Sequence record: MZ501268.1 | Length of the DNA stretch: 64,000 nt | Strand: one strand, 5' to 3' | In this document: positions 25,627 to 34,802 of the stretch, one piece after another | Position numbering within the stretch: the first letter of the stretch is position 1 | Layout: the number at the start of each line of letters is the position of its first letter | Notes under the pieces: generated by a model | Told to the model about the DNA's origin: nothing | Databases searched by the model: none | The model's input: the letters and a program-made list of their open reading frames with translations, nothing else | Translations under genes and position numbers: made by a program

Positions 25627-27374
25627 TGAACACCTCATTAACGACGAATGAAGTAGTTGAACATTTAGACCAGTATGTGATTGGTCAAGTCGACGCCAAA
25701 CGTGCCATTGCATTGGCTTACCGTGAGCGTTCATTGAAAGCTGAAAACAGCGGCAACGAATGGAAGTATATCACCCCCAGTAATATCCTGATGGTCGGTC
25801 CGAGCGGAAGTGGGAAAACTGAGCTCGCCAGACAACTCGCCGATATGACCAATTCGCCTTTTGTGAAATGTGAAATCACCGAGTTCACACAAGTCGGTTA
25901 TTACGGCCGGGATGTCAAGACTATTTTGACCGACCTCATTAACGAAGCCATTCGTATCGCCCCTGAGATCTGGAAGAAAGAAAACAAACCGAAACTCAGT
26001 AAACCAAACCGTGACCTGTTGGCGTTGATGCTCAAAGACCCAGAAACGTTGGATGTCTTTGTTAAAGCACTTAACGTCACCGTCGATAAATGCACCGTGC
26101 CATTTGTGGAAGAGAAGCTCCTCAACGGAACCACACTACGTAAGCTTAATGTGCGTTATGGTTGGCGCGCGAACCCTCTGCTGGCTGCTATTGATAAAAA
26201 GGCAGATAGCCCTGAGAAGGGAGAAGAAGAACCACCGATGTCTGACGTATCGGCCTGGACACAGTGGTATGTTCGCACCAAGATGAATTTTAACAAGCTT
26301 GGTTACTCGGGCACTGAAGACAGCCTGGTGAAAGAAGCAGCCCGGGTGTTAGAAGCGATTCCTATTAAGGATAAAATTGAGCCGGTGTTGATTGAGGTCA
26401 TCGGCGAAACACTCAATGAGAAACGCAAAAAGATCATTGCTGGTCGCGGGGCCAGTCAACCAAAACTGATTCGTCTGTTACTTGATGAAAAGGACCATAA
26501 AGTCCTGTGCCGTAAATTGCTGGAAACCATGGGTGCGCATCTATGGATGAAACTCGACACCATCATTGACATCAGTGATGCACTGAATCAAAGCAAGAAC
26601 CCGCCTTCTGACTTCATCGTCCGTCTGGTTGAAGAACGTGGTATCGTGTTCATTGATGAATTCGACAAGATCTTCTTAGACAGTCGGGGTAGTAACGTCG
26701 GTAACATGGGGGTGGTGCGTGATCTGATGCCTTACCTGGATGGGATTACCACCGAAGTCTCTACCAAGACAGAACGTGAATCTCATTCGATGTTTGGTGG
26801 GCGTGAGGAAAAGTACTCCATCAATACTGCTAATATTCTCTGGATCGCCTCAGGTGCGTTTCATCTGGCAAAAGTGAATGATGTACCGGCTGAGATCTTA
26901 GGGCGCCTCCCAGTGCATGTGAAGCTGTTACAGTTGACTGCTGATGATCTGGAACGGGTGCTGATTAAACCGCACGGTTCTATCATCAGTATCGTAACCA
27001 CAGTGATGCAGGCCGAAGGAGCCGAGTTCACCATTGACCCGGGTGCCATCAAAGCGATTGCTCAGCTGGCTTATGAATGTAACACCCACGGGGAAGACAC
27101 CGGCGCGCGTCGTTTGAAAGGGGTTTGTTTCGAACTCTTTAAAGCGATGCTCTATGGTGCGTCTAACCTGTTACCAGAAGAACGCAAGATTCGTTTCACC
27201 GAAGCGCAAGTATTGGCTGAACGTGATCGGATACTGGCAACCATCGAACCGCGTAAGCGTAAGCTTAATCCCACTACACCGTTTACCACAGACGATAAAG
27301 AAACCGACCCTAGCAAACGCTTAACCAATGCAATTGCTGAGATTGGTCGTCTGGTGAACATCACCAACGAATAA
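25626..27374 (+). CDS. hslU: HslU/ClpY-like AAA+ ATPase
   Basis: LDQYVIGQVDAKRA, TPSNILMVGPSGSGKTELAR, GYYG pore loop, IVFIDEFDK, GVVRDLMP, EILGRLP, TGARRL. Confidence 0.9.
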   Translation: MNTSLTTNEVVEHLDQYVIGQVDAKRAIALAYRERSLKAENSGNEWKYITPSNILMVGPSGSGKTELARQLADMTNSPFVKCEITEFTQVGYYGRDVKTILTDLINEAIRIAPEIWKKENKPKLSKPNRDLLALMLKDPETLDVFVKALNVTVDKCTVPFVEEKLLNGTTLRKLNVRYGWRANPLLAAIDKKADSPEKGEEEPPMSDVSAWTQWYVRTKMNFNKLGYSGTEDSLVKEAARVLEAIPIKDKIEPVLIEVIGETLNEKRKKIIAGRGASQPKLIRLLLDEKDHKVLCRKLLETMGAHLWMKLDTIIDISDALNQSKNPPSDFIVRLVEERGIVFIDEFDKIFLDSRGSNVGNMGVVRDLMPYLDGITTEVSTKTERESHSMFGGREEKYSINTANILWIASGAFHLAKVNDVPAEILGRLPVHVKLLQLTADDLERVLIKPHGSIISIVTTVMQAEGAEFTIDPGAIKAIAQLAYECNTHGEDTGARRLKGVCFELFKAMLYGASNLLPEERKIRFTEAQVLAERDRILATIEPRKRKLNPTTPFTTDDKETDPSKRLTNAIAEIGRLVNITNE

Positions 27375-27381
27375 TTAACCC

Positions 27382-27407
27382 GGGGAGGGAAACCTCCCCT
27401 TATGTGC
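27382..27407 (+). terminator. hairpin + TTATG terminator
   Basis: GGGGAGG-GAAA-CCTCCCC, then TTATGTGC. Confidence 0.7.
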
Positions 27408-27958
27408 TTGGAGCTGTCATGAACCGCAATACCGAAATCTGTACACTGAACGCAAGAGTATTAATTCAGAGTGAGCTGTATCGCTTCATTCGTTTGTATG
27501 CTTTGTTTAACGACATAGATGTTAATGACATTGGCGCAATTACTAAGGAGATCAATTCTGGTGATTGTGGTCTGGCAGCAATTACAGTACACCACATCTT
27601 GAAAGAGAAGTACAACCTTGACACCGACATTCTAATCTGTCGTAACCACTGCTGGCTGGCCTACCGTGAAGGTGAGTATGACACCGCCTTCCCCGGCGGT
27701 TATACCAAACCGGTCGTGGAGGTATGGCAAGGCCATCAGAACGAACCTGCGCAGTATCTGACCTTTCAAGATGCCTGTGATGGATGGATGCCGTATGACA
27801 CAAAAGGAGCTTATATGGTAAAAGCCTTCTGTGCCGTGACTTGGGTGAGCTTCCCAAAAGAACTCCAGCATTGCTTAGACAATGCGGATGAATACGAAAT
27901 GCCGGGTATTGCAGAGCAGTACGAGGCGAAATGTAAACTTGTGACTGAAAACATGTAA
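27404..27958 (+). CDS. putative papain/transglutaminase-fold protein (Cys-His-Asp)
   Basis: NSGDCGLAA ... NHCWLAYREGEYDT; likely start ATG 27419. Confidence 0.5.
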   Translation: MLGAVMNRNTEICTLNARVLIQSELYRFIRLYALFNDIDVNDIGAITKEINSGDCGLAAITVHHILKEKYNLDTDILICRNHCWLAYREGEYDTAFPGGYTKPVVEVWQGHQNEPAQYLTFQDACDGWMPYDTKGAYMVKAFCAVTWVSFPKELQHCLDNADEYEMPGIAEQYEAKCKLVTENM

Positions 27959-27967
27959 GGTGGTTTT

Positions 27968-28495
27968 ATGTCTAGCGCTATTCCTCGTTTGAAAGTTGTA
28001 AAGGGCGGTTCTTATCAGCAGGTCTCTGGCGGGGTGTTGGCCAAACTGCGGGAGCTGTTATCGCCTGAGATTCGTAATGTAGTATTGCATGGCGCCCAGC
28101 GTGCACACTGTAAGCTCCTGGTAGCTTCTCTGCGGGCCGAGTACGAATCATTCGGTGTAACCCTGCAGTTTAATGCTAAACCGCTGTATGACACGGTAGA
28201 CATCTCCTGGCCAGGAAGTGATGCAGTGACGGTGTTGACGCTGCGTCCAGAAGACTTCGCAATAAACGAGGCCCTGCACCTGAGCCACGATACCCACATC
28301 ATCGCCATTACCGCAAAACCGATCCTGACCACTGAGTTGTTGAATCTCTACGATCATGCGTCGGCCAGCGGGGTGCATGTCGAGATCTTTACCACCGGGT
28401 ATGTACCACAGGGAATCGTGTTGCTTGAGCAGCTCAATGACTTTGTGTATGTCCCGATGGTTGACAAGATCGCCCGAACTCCCTCGATGGCATAA
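27968..28495 (+). CDS. hypothetical protein
   Basis: 175-aa ORF with RBS AAGG. Confidence 0.65.
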   Translation: MSSAIPRLKVVKGGSYQQVSGGVLAKLRELLSPEIRNVVLHGAQRAHCKLLVASLRAEYESFGVTLQFNAKPLYDTVDISWPGSDAVTVLTLRPEDFAINEALHLSHDTHIIAITAKPILTTELLNLYDHASASGVHVEIFTTGYVPQGIVLLEQLNDFVYVPMVDKIARTPSMA

Positions 28496-28594
28496 CTGTA
28501 ATACCTGACATAAATCACTGTTTATATGTTAACCGGCCTCCTGGTTAATTCCGGGAGGCTTTTATAACCGTACGCTTTTTTATCGAGGGTTAGC

Positions 28595-28945
28595 ATGATT
28601 GGTATTGGTGTGTCAGTTTGCTTTCGATTGCGAGCAGACGCAGTAGACCCGTTCTTGGTAGGGGTGTGTAATTACGACATCCTGGTAACTGAGGAACGGA
28701 TTGCTGGATTATTAAAAGAACTTGAAGGTATGTATAAGCGGGTGATGTTTCGTTACCATCATCAATGCGAATACAAGTTAGACGGGAAAGTATTGGAAAT
28801 CGTGATGCCGTTTATTCCCAATGCTTTTGAAGGAAAGCTTGCCCCAGCGATTACGGTGAGGATTCCTAAAGATGTGAACTACGCCGTTAATGGGTGTATG
28901 AAGGAAACCCACGAGGTATTGTATCCATTAACAAAAGTAGCTTAA
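28595..28945 (+). CDS. hypothetical protein
   Basis: RBS GAGGG; 116 aa. Confidence 0.6.
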   Translation: MIGIGVSVCFRLRADAVDPFLVGVCNYDILVTEERIAGLLKELEGMYKRVMFRYHHQCEYKLDGKVLEIVMPFIPNAFEGKLAPAITVRIPKDVNYAVNGCMKETHEVLYPLTKVA

Positions 28946-28957
28946 AGAATTTACATA

Positions 28958-28975
28958 CCTACATTACTCTCGTGA
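28958..28975 (+). promoter_or_regulatory. putative early promoter CCTACATTAC-N4-GTGA
   Basis: Exact motif match in an intergenic region. Confidence 0.65.
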
Positions 28976-29004
28976 TGTAAGATAATTAACTAAGTGGGTG
29001 CATT

Positions 29005-29607
29005 ATGGCCTGGAAAGGTTATTTCTTAGAATTCCTTCATACGCCTGAACCACACATCTACTTTGGCTATACCTTTGAAGATGACGTGCGTAAAGCGGTA
29101 GAGGATCTATTAGCCCTGGCGCGAAATAAAGACCCGAAGGTTCCAAATAAGTTTGTTGAGTTCTGTGCGTATAACGCCGAACAAGACAAATTGATTTATC
29201 AGGTTGTTGAGTACACCGATATTGATGAAGTCGATCCTGAGGCATGGGTCGATAAACTGATTCGCAGCTATACCGTTCTTGGGGCGACAAATCAATGCAT
29301 CAACAGCGACCATATCCTGCGTACAATACGCCGTAAGCGATCTGCCTTGACCGTCAATGCGGGATTGTATTACGAACTGTGGCATGGCCTACAGCCGGTA
29401 ATGACAGACAACCAATGGGATACGTTAGCAAAAGAACTGGTTAGCCTACAGACGCGTTATGCGTTCCTCTTACCGTGCGTGAACTTCTTTGATGATCACT
29501 TCAATGATTTCACAGATGACACCGGGATGTTGTTACCGTATCGCGATGACTATTTCGTAAGTATCCTTGAACAACTGCGTCGTGATCCAACGATGCCCAA
29601 AGTGTAA
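29005..29607 (+). CDS. GIY-YIG-like domain fused to an NAD-dependent DNA ligase subdomain-Ia-like domain
   Basis: N-terminal GYFLEF..HIYFGYT..R; C-terminal RRKR..LYYEL..PVMTDNQWDTLAKELVSLQ. Confidence 0.5.
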   Translation: MAWKGYFLEFLHTPEPHIYFGYTFEDDVRKAVEDLLALARNKDPKVPNKFVEFCAYNAEQDKLIYQVVEYTDIDEVDPEAWVDKLIRSYTVLGATNQCINSDHILRTIRRKRSALTVNAGLYYELWHGLQPVMTDNQWDTLAKELVSLQTRYAFLLPCVNFFDDHFNDFTDDTGMLLPYRDDYFVSILEQLRRDPTMPKV

Positions 29608-29649
29608 TTCCCCTTTATTCATTTAACCTTTCTAATTAGAGAAACCGTT

Positions 29650-31269
29650 ATGTACATTCAAGATATGACTTTTCGCATTCACACATCTATAAGTTCACGT
29701 GACGATCTGACTAACGTTATTCGCCTGCTCAATCAAAATGATGAAGTGATTATTGAACACACACTTCATGACGCCATGCTGTCTGTCATTTATCAAAATG
29801 ATAAACTGGCTGCTGCGTATTTGGCGGTGGTTTACATGTACACCCGTGACATGCCAGAAGGACAAGGTGCAGCAACGTATGACTTCCATCGTACGGCTGG
29901 CATTATCCTGGATCAGTTTGTAGAAGACAGTAACCTGGGTGAGTTCGAAGCAGATGACTGGGGGGAGGTTGAAGTGATGGTACCCAACCTGCCAGAAGGG
30001 GTGCGTGCCTTTGTACATACCACCGATGGATCTGATGTGAACATCCGTATCTATCGCAACAATGGCCCGTTGGTTGATGATCGTCTGTGGACTTTCACTG
30101 ACGAAGACGTTGTACCCGCCATCACGACATTGCTGGAAGGCTGGGATGCAGATCTGGCGTCTAATACTCTTCCATCTGACACGCAGGATAACTCGGCGAC
30201 TCTGAGCTACGGTGATGTGCACTTCGTCTATGCACTCGACATGACAACCGAAGGGCGTACACAACGTCGTGCGATCATGCAGATCATCATCGGCGAGCGT
30301 CTGGTTGCTGAACAACGCATCCATGAAAACACCCAACCCCTCATGTACTTTGTGATGGAAGTGTTTAACATGTTGGCGCTGCGCTTTAACGTTGGTCAGG
30401 TTGCAGGAATCAATGCCGAAGATCGCGTGACCTTACTGAACGCCATCAGTGCGTTCATTGGTGGGCATCTGGCAATGCCTGATCAGGTACAGATCGCAGC
30501 CGGCATGCAGTACATGCACGAAGGCTCAGTGACTGATGAAGTCACCTATGTGCTTTCTCATCAGCTGCTGGAAAACAACCAACTGCGTGCAACCTACCAG
30601 TTTAACGTCATGGTTGATGAAACGATGCGTCGCTCTATTACCATGGTGGACACGGTAGACTATCTGCAAAACCCAATGACCCCACTGGAGTTCTTCAATA
30701 ACTTCCAGGAAGATCTGCGTCGTGAATTGCAGCTCAAACGCAGTTTCGATATTGCTATGATTGCAGCAATTGACACGGCTAACGGCCTGGGTAAAGACGG
30801 TGATCTGTTGTTCCGTATTAATGAAGATCTGCAGTACTTCAAATCACAGACTGAATACAACCCAATCATCATGGGGCGTAAGACGTATGAGTCACTCCCT
30901 CACCCATTACCAAATCGCTTGAACATCGTACTGACCACCAATCCTGTTGAGAAACACACCACCATGTCCGGGGTACGTTTTGTCAACAGTAAAGAAGATG
31001 CCCTGGCTGCGGCAGTGGGTTATCTGTCAGAGTCCGGTGGCGATAAGATCTGGATCATTGGTGGTGCGTCGGTTTATGAGCTGTTCTTGCAGGATGCGAA
31101 AGAGATCCACCTGACAACGATTGCGGCTGACCGTGAAGATGCTGATACTTTCTTCCCAGCAATGTCGATGAGTGGTTGGACGCCGGAGCGCATGTTCGAT
31201 GAAGATCAGTTCTTTACCCGCGAAGGTGAAGAGATCAGCTACAACCGCTACATCATGAAACGTAACTAA
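29650..31269 (+). CDS. folA: dihydrofolate reductase fused to a ~365-aa acidic N-terminal region
   Basis: C-terminal IAMIAAIDTANGLGKDGDL..EDLQYFK..IIMGRKTYESL..PLPNRLNIVLT..IIGGASVY..DTFFP. Confidence 0.9.
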   Translation: MYIQDMTFRIHTSISSRDDLTNVIRLLNQNDEVIIEHTLHDAMLSVIYQNDKLAAAYLAVVYMYTRDMPEGQGAATYDFHRTAGIILDQFVEDSNLGEFEADDWGEVEVMVPNLPEGVRAFVHTTDGSDVNIRIYRNNGPLVDDRLWTFTDEDVVPAITTLLEGWDADLASNTLPSDTQDNSATLSYGDVHFVYALDMTTEGRTQRRAIMQIIIGERLVAEQRIHENTQPLMYFVMEVFNMLALRFNVGQVAGINAEDRVTLLNAISAFIGGHLAMPDQVQIAAGMQYMHEGSVTDEVTYVLSHQLLENNQLRATYQFNVMVDETMRRSITMVDTVDYLQNPMTPLEFFNNFQEDLRRELQLKRSFDIAMIAAIDTANGLGKDGDLLFRINEDLQYFKSQTEYNPIIMGRKTYESLPHPLPNRLNIVLTTNPVEKHTTMSGVRFVNSKEDALAAAVGYLSESGGDKIWIIGGASVYELFLQDAKEIHLTTIAADREDADTFFPAMSMSGWTPERMFDEDQFFTREGEEISYNRYIMKRN

Positions 31270-31280
31270 TTTAACCCTCT

Positions 31281-31296
31281 GGGGGTGAAAACCCCC
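31281..31296 (+). terminator. hairpin, putative terminator
   Basis: GGGGGT-GAAA-ACCCCC plus TTCTT. Confidence 0.55.
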
Positions 31297-31323
31297 TTCT
31301 TGTTATTAAAGGATATTAAGATC

Positions 31324-31932
31324 ATGACAACCGAAAAAGCAGCAGTACCCGCCATTGTAAATGTTATCACCGGTAAAACTCTGTCAGAAGTAACCGACAG
31401 TATCCCGAATGCTATCATGTTGTTAGACAGCAATACCGTTGATGTACGTTATACCCCAGCATTCTCAGAACTGCCTGTTGATTTACAGCATGTGATCTTA
31501 ACGGCTCAAACCAGCAACCCAATCATTTCATTAGAGCGTCCGCTGGCTGCTGACGGTAAAGTGGATGCAACCAATCCTAACATGGTGATTGCTGCGGCGG
31601 TGCAAGGCAATGGACAGAACCTCGGGATCTATCATCCGGCCATGATGGGTAAGTTGCGTCAGATCCCAAAAGGTTATTTGATCTACACCCATTATCATAC
31701 CAGCGTGAGATGTGATTTCAGCTACCGTGTGTTTGAAAAGGCACTGGCGGAGTATTGCATGATTGCTGTGGCATTGGGTACTAAAGATCAGCCAGTGGTG
31801 ATTAACCTCCCAGGACTGCAGTGTGCGGGTGTGTTGGATGGTGCGGTACCTTCTGCGCGTCATATCGAACGAGTGAAAGACATCATCGCTAACACCATGT
31901 TCGCTAACCTGACGGTTTATCTGGTAGTCTGA
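31324..31932 (+). CDS. possible degenerate macrodomain protein
   Basis: Start moved to ATG 31324 (RBS AAGGA); C-terminal YRVFEKAL..INLPGLQCAG..VKDII..VYLV echoes the macro fold. Confidence 0.4.
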   Translation: MTTEKAAVPAIVNVITGKTLSEVTDSIPNAIMLLDSNTVDVRYTPAFSELPVDLQHVILTAQTSNPIISLERPLAADGKVDATNPNMVIAAAVQGNGQNLGIYHPAMMGKLRQIPKGYLIYTHYHTSVRCDFSYRVFEKALAEYCMIAVALGTKDQPVVINLPGLQCAGVLDGAVPSARHIERVKDIIANTMFANLTVYLVV

Positions 31933-31934
31933 CT

Positions 31935-32378
31935 ATGATTAGACTCGATGCAACAGTAGGGTTCACAAGCGCCTTTTCTGTACTGCCATTCATACAGAGC
32001 CTGGATGTGTTCTATCCCGATATCAGTCACTGGTACATCAACACGGTGATTCCGGGATTGTGTTTGGGTAATGATAAACTGATCATTGCCAGGGATAACA
32101 ATGTGATTGCTGGTATTGCACTTGGTAAGATGGGTGATGAAACCAAACTTCGGTGTATTCGGGTTCATCCTAACTATCAAAGCACCGGGCTCGGCATTCG
32201 TCTAATTGACGACATGCTAGAGCTCATCGAAGACGGCAAACCTGCGGTGACAGTGTCTGAAGAGATGCTACATCTATACAGTCGTCCGTTTGTGAAGCGT
32301 TATGGTTTTGAACTCAGTGATGTAAGTAAGGGTCGCTACCGTCGCGGTAAACTTGAATACGGATTTAATGGAGCCTGA
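31935..32378 (+). CDS. GNAT family N-acetyltransferase
   Basis: KLRCIRVHPNYQSTGLGIRL acetyl-CoA motif; YGF. Confidence 0.85.
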   Translation: MIRLDATVGFTSAFSVLPFIQSLDVFYPDISHWYINTVIPGLCLGNDKLIIARDNNVIAGIALGKMGDETKLRCIRVHPNYQSTGLGIRLIDDMLELIEDGKPAVTVSEEMLHLYSRPFVKRYGFELSDVSKGRYRRGKLEYGFNGA

Positions 32379-32595
32379 CATGACAATTAAACCATGTCCG
32401 TTATGTGCTTCTTCAGCTAAGACCTTTCGTTTTGCTTTGGTCTTTTGGGGCGTGCGTTGTACTGGCTGTATGTTATACCTCAAAGACATGAACACGTCTG
32501 AGCAATCTGCGATGAATCAATGGGATACTCGCATTACTCCTGAGGAGCGGGCATTAGCTCGGAGTAAAAAGAAAGGTAAAAAGGAGGCAACATGA
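32353..32595 (+). CDS. Lar-like (restriction alleviation) zinc-ribbon protein
   Basis: IKPCPLC..VRCTGC..SEQSAMNQWDTR. Confidence 0.65.
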   Translation: MNTDLMEPDMTIKPCPLCASSAKTFRFALVFWGVRCTGCMLYLKDMNTSEQSAMNQWDTRITPEERALARSKKKGKKEAT

Positions 32596-32906
32596 TAAAA
32601 ACTGCTTTGGTCGGACTGATCGCCTGTGTGACCTTAACCGGTTGTAAACTTACAGACCCAGATGAGGTACCTGTAAAGTCGGTTACGGGCACGGTGATTA
32701 GTAGTGAGGTATGTCAAGCTGGCCATAAGTGCGAAGCCGTAATTGCACGTGACCCAGATAACTGGACGTACCAAATCGCAGAAGGGCCTTTTAAGAAAGG
32801 TGACGCCCTCTACAAAGCCTGTGCGTATTATCCAACGTATGAGCGTTGCAGTTCGGTATGGTCTTCTCGACCCGATCAATTCATCCCCCCTGAATCAAAG
32901 AAATAA
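32592..32906 (+). CDS. putative lipoprotein
   Basis: Lipobox LTGC after a hydrophobic N-terminus; several Cys. Confidence 0.65.
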   Translation: MIKTALVGLIACVTLTGCKLTDPDEVPVKSVTGTVISSEVCQAGHKCEAVIARDPDNWTYQIAEGPFKKGDALYKACAYYPTYERCSSVWSSRPDQFIPPESKK

Positions 32907-32965
32907 CAGACGACTGACGGCGTGTCATGCGCCGTTATTAATTTAAGCAAATGTAGAGGTTTATC

Positions 32966-34120
32966 ATGGAATCATCAGAACAACACAAAAGCACAATTGA
33001 TAACAGCACGTCTTACTCCCAGGAACTTGCTGAACTCATTGAAGACTTTGTTGCAGTCCGTTTCACCGACATGGATGATTCGGTGCTGGCATCGCTTTAT
33101 GCCGACTTGCCTGATGTTCATTATTTGAAAGGTGTGGTGAAAGGTCTGCGTCGAAACCTGATGCGTCAAGCACAACAGATCAATGTCGAAGAAGCGTATC
33201 CTCAGACGTGGACAGTTGCAGAGGTATCTGTTGCTCAACTGGCTAGCGAAATCATTCAGGAAGAAAACCCTGATATGCCGGCTGATGAAGTGGCGCAAAC
33301 TGTGGCCGAGATCGTTACTGCGTCTGCTGAAGAACCTGACGATGATGAAGTGGATAACAGCGAAGCCCTGCGTTTTCGTCAGACCGCAGTACCATCCTTA
33401 TCCGAACTGACGCGCGGTACTGATAAAGGCTGGCCAACGGAACTCACCAAGAAAGACGTGCAACAGATGACGGTCAGTAAGAGTGACTTACGTCAGATGG
33501 TTGTGACTAAGGAAGATCTTGAACGGGTGGGGATGGTCGGTAACACACCTCGATTCATGTCACGCGCCGAACGCTTTGGTACCACTCAGGTGGCTTTGAG
33601 TAACCTGTTGTCTGAAGCCAAACCAGGAAGTGTGTTCTCTGCTGATAACATCACCGCTTCGAAGAACCAAAGTCTACAGTTGGTTAAATCACCAGAATCA
33701 TTCGGTGGTTATCGTCCTGCCAAGATGTTGCTTGAAGCAACGGACCCGCAGTACTACCAATACATGTGGCCTACCTTATTCGAAGCTATAGATGCGCTGG
33801 CCAGAGATAACACCATCCCTGCATCCAACATGCGCCGCCTTGATGACGAGAGCATTCTTGAACGTTTAGGTGAAGGTGCCGCGGCGGCTGCCAGAACGAT
33901 TATCAGTATCGGTAATCGTGATTTGCTGATTAAAGAGAATGTCACCTATTTCATGTCACAGGTTGAGATTCTGGGGGTTGATGTAAAACTGTATTTGGGT
34001 GAGAAGCTGTATCAGGGCAGTTCGTGGACAGGGCGTTGGAAGGATGCTTCCCTGCAGACACGCAAAGGGAAGTTTGTGTTCGGTAAGGTAGAGGCTGATG
34101 TCGTATGGCGAACGAACTAA
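32966..34120 (+). CDS. hypothetical acidic protein
   Basis: RBS GAGGT; 384 aa. Confidence 0.75.
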   Translation: MESSEQHKSTIDNSTSYSQELAELIEDFVAVRFTDMDDSVLASLYADLPDVHYLKGVVKGLRRNLMRQAQQINVEEAYPQTWTVAEVSVAQLASEIIQEENPDMPADEVAQTVAEIVTASAEEPDDDEVDNSEALRFRQTAVPSLSELTRGTDKGWPTELTKKDVQQMTVSKSDLRQMVVTKEDLERVGMVGNTPRFMSRAERFGTTQVALSNLLSEAKPGSVFSADNITASKNQSLQLVKSPESFGGYRPAKMLLEATDPQYYQYMWPTLFEAIDALARDNTIPASNMRRLDDESILERLGEGAAAAARTIISIGNRDLLIKENVTYFMSQVEILGVDVKLYLGEKLYQGSSWTGRWKDASLQTRKGKFVFGKVEADVVWRTN

Positions 34121-34431
34121 TTCGTTGGGATGTATTAATGAGGGCGTTAGAGTCAGTGGCTAATACTGATACTTTCCCTGCGGACAGAAAACGTAATCTG
34201 TCTAATCCCGTATTGCAGCGTCGGATGAAGTCATGTGTAAAGCGATCGGTTGAACGTATTGCGAACATCCTTGGGAGTGAGTTCAAGACCCCTGAAGATT
34301 TCGATCAGTTTACAGAGAAAGCATTGGCGGCTGAAATCGTCATTCGCTTTACGCAATACACCACGGTCGCTGGTCGCACCACCCTTCATGGTTTACTCCA
34401 CACAACCAAAGGCTTTATTGTTTATGGGTAA
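34105..34431 (+). CDS. hypothetical protein
   Basis: Overlaps the neighbouring genes in operon fashion. Confidence 0.6.
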   Translation: MANELIRWDVLMRALESVANTDTFPADRKRNLSNPVLQRRMKSCVKRSVERIANILGSEFKTPEDFDQFTEKALAAEIVIRFTQYTTVAGRTTLHGLLHTTKGFIVYG

Positions 34432-34741
34432 CAACATCTTTCAATTGGTTCAACGACCTTCGATTAAACAAAGCGTCACATTAGCACAAAAGTTTGTGCT
34501 GGAATTAGAAAATGCTTTTGTCACATTACAGCTGACTGCGGCATCCGCGAAGTACGATAACTTGGTTTATGGTTATCCAGCACGCGATGAAGTGAAAGCT
34601 GTTCAACAATGTGCACGCATCTTATTAACGAAAGCCAACTTCAAACCGGTGGTAGATCTGTTAAAGAATGTAACAGTCCATGATGACCCCATTAACATGG
34701 TGAAGGCAAGACAAGCAGAGTATCATCAATTAATGCAGTAA
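34424..34741 (+). CDS. hypothetical protein
   Basis: Start moved to ATG 34424, overlapping the upstream stop. Confidence 0.6.
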   Translation: MGNNIFQLVQRPSIKQSVTLAQKFVLELENAFVTLQLTAASAKYDNLVYGYPARDEVKAVQQCARILLTKANFKPVVDLLKNVTVHDDPINMVKARQAEYHQLMQ

Positions 34742-34750
34742 CAACATAAT

Positions 34751-34792
34751 CGGCATAAGAGAAGAGGCGTTTGCCTCTTCTCTGATTATGCG
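34751..34792. terminator. bidirectional terminator flanked by TTATGC on both strands
   Basis: CGGCATAA + AGAGAAGAGGC-GTTT-GCCTCTTCTCT + GATTATGCG, between convergent genes. Confidence 0.85.
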
Positions 34793-34802
34793 CTCTTTTT
34801 TT

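Noticed and set aside
27968-28495. Possible degenerate P-loop (VVLHGAQRAHCKLL)
   Set aside because: Too little supporting pattern downstream to claim the fold
29695-30336. 213-aa antisense ORF inside the DHFR fusion (likewise 39120..39755, 39876..40361, 48886..49476, 56773..57384, 63389..63937)
   Set aside because: Fully overlap well-supported genes on the other strand; typical result of biased codon usage; no recognisable motifs
33445-33530. Three imperfect ~10-aa repeats (TKKDVQQM / SKSDLRQM / TKEDLERV)
   Set aside because: Repeat exists only at protein level and is weak; not a DNA tandem repeat or CRISPR array
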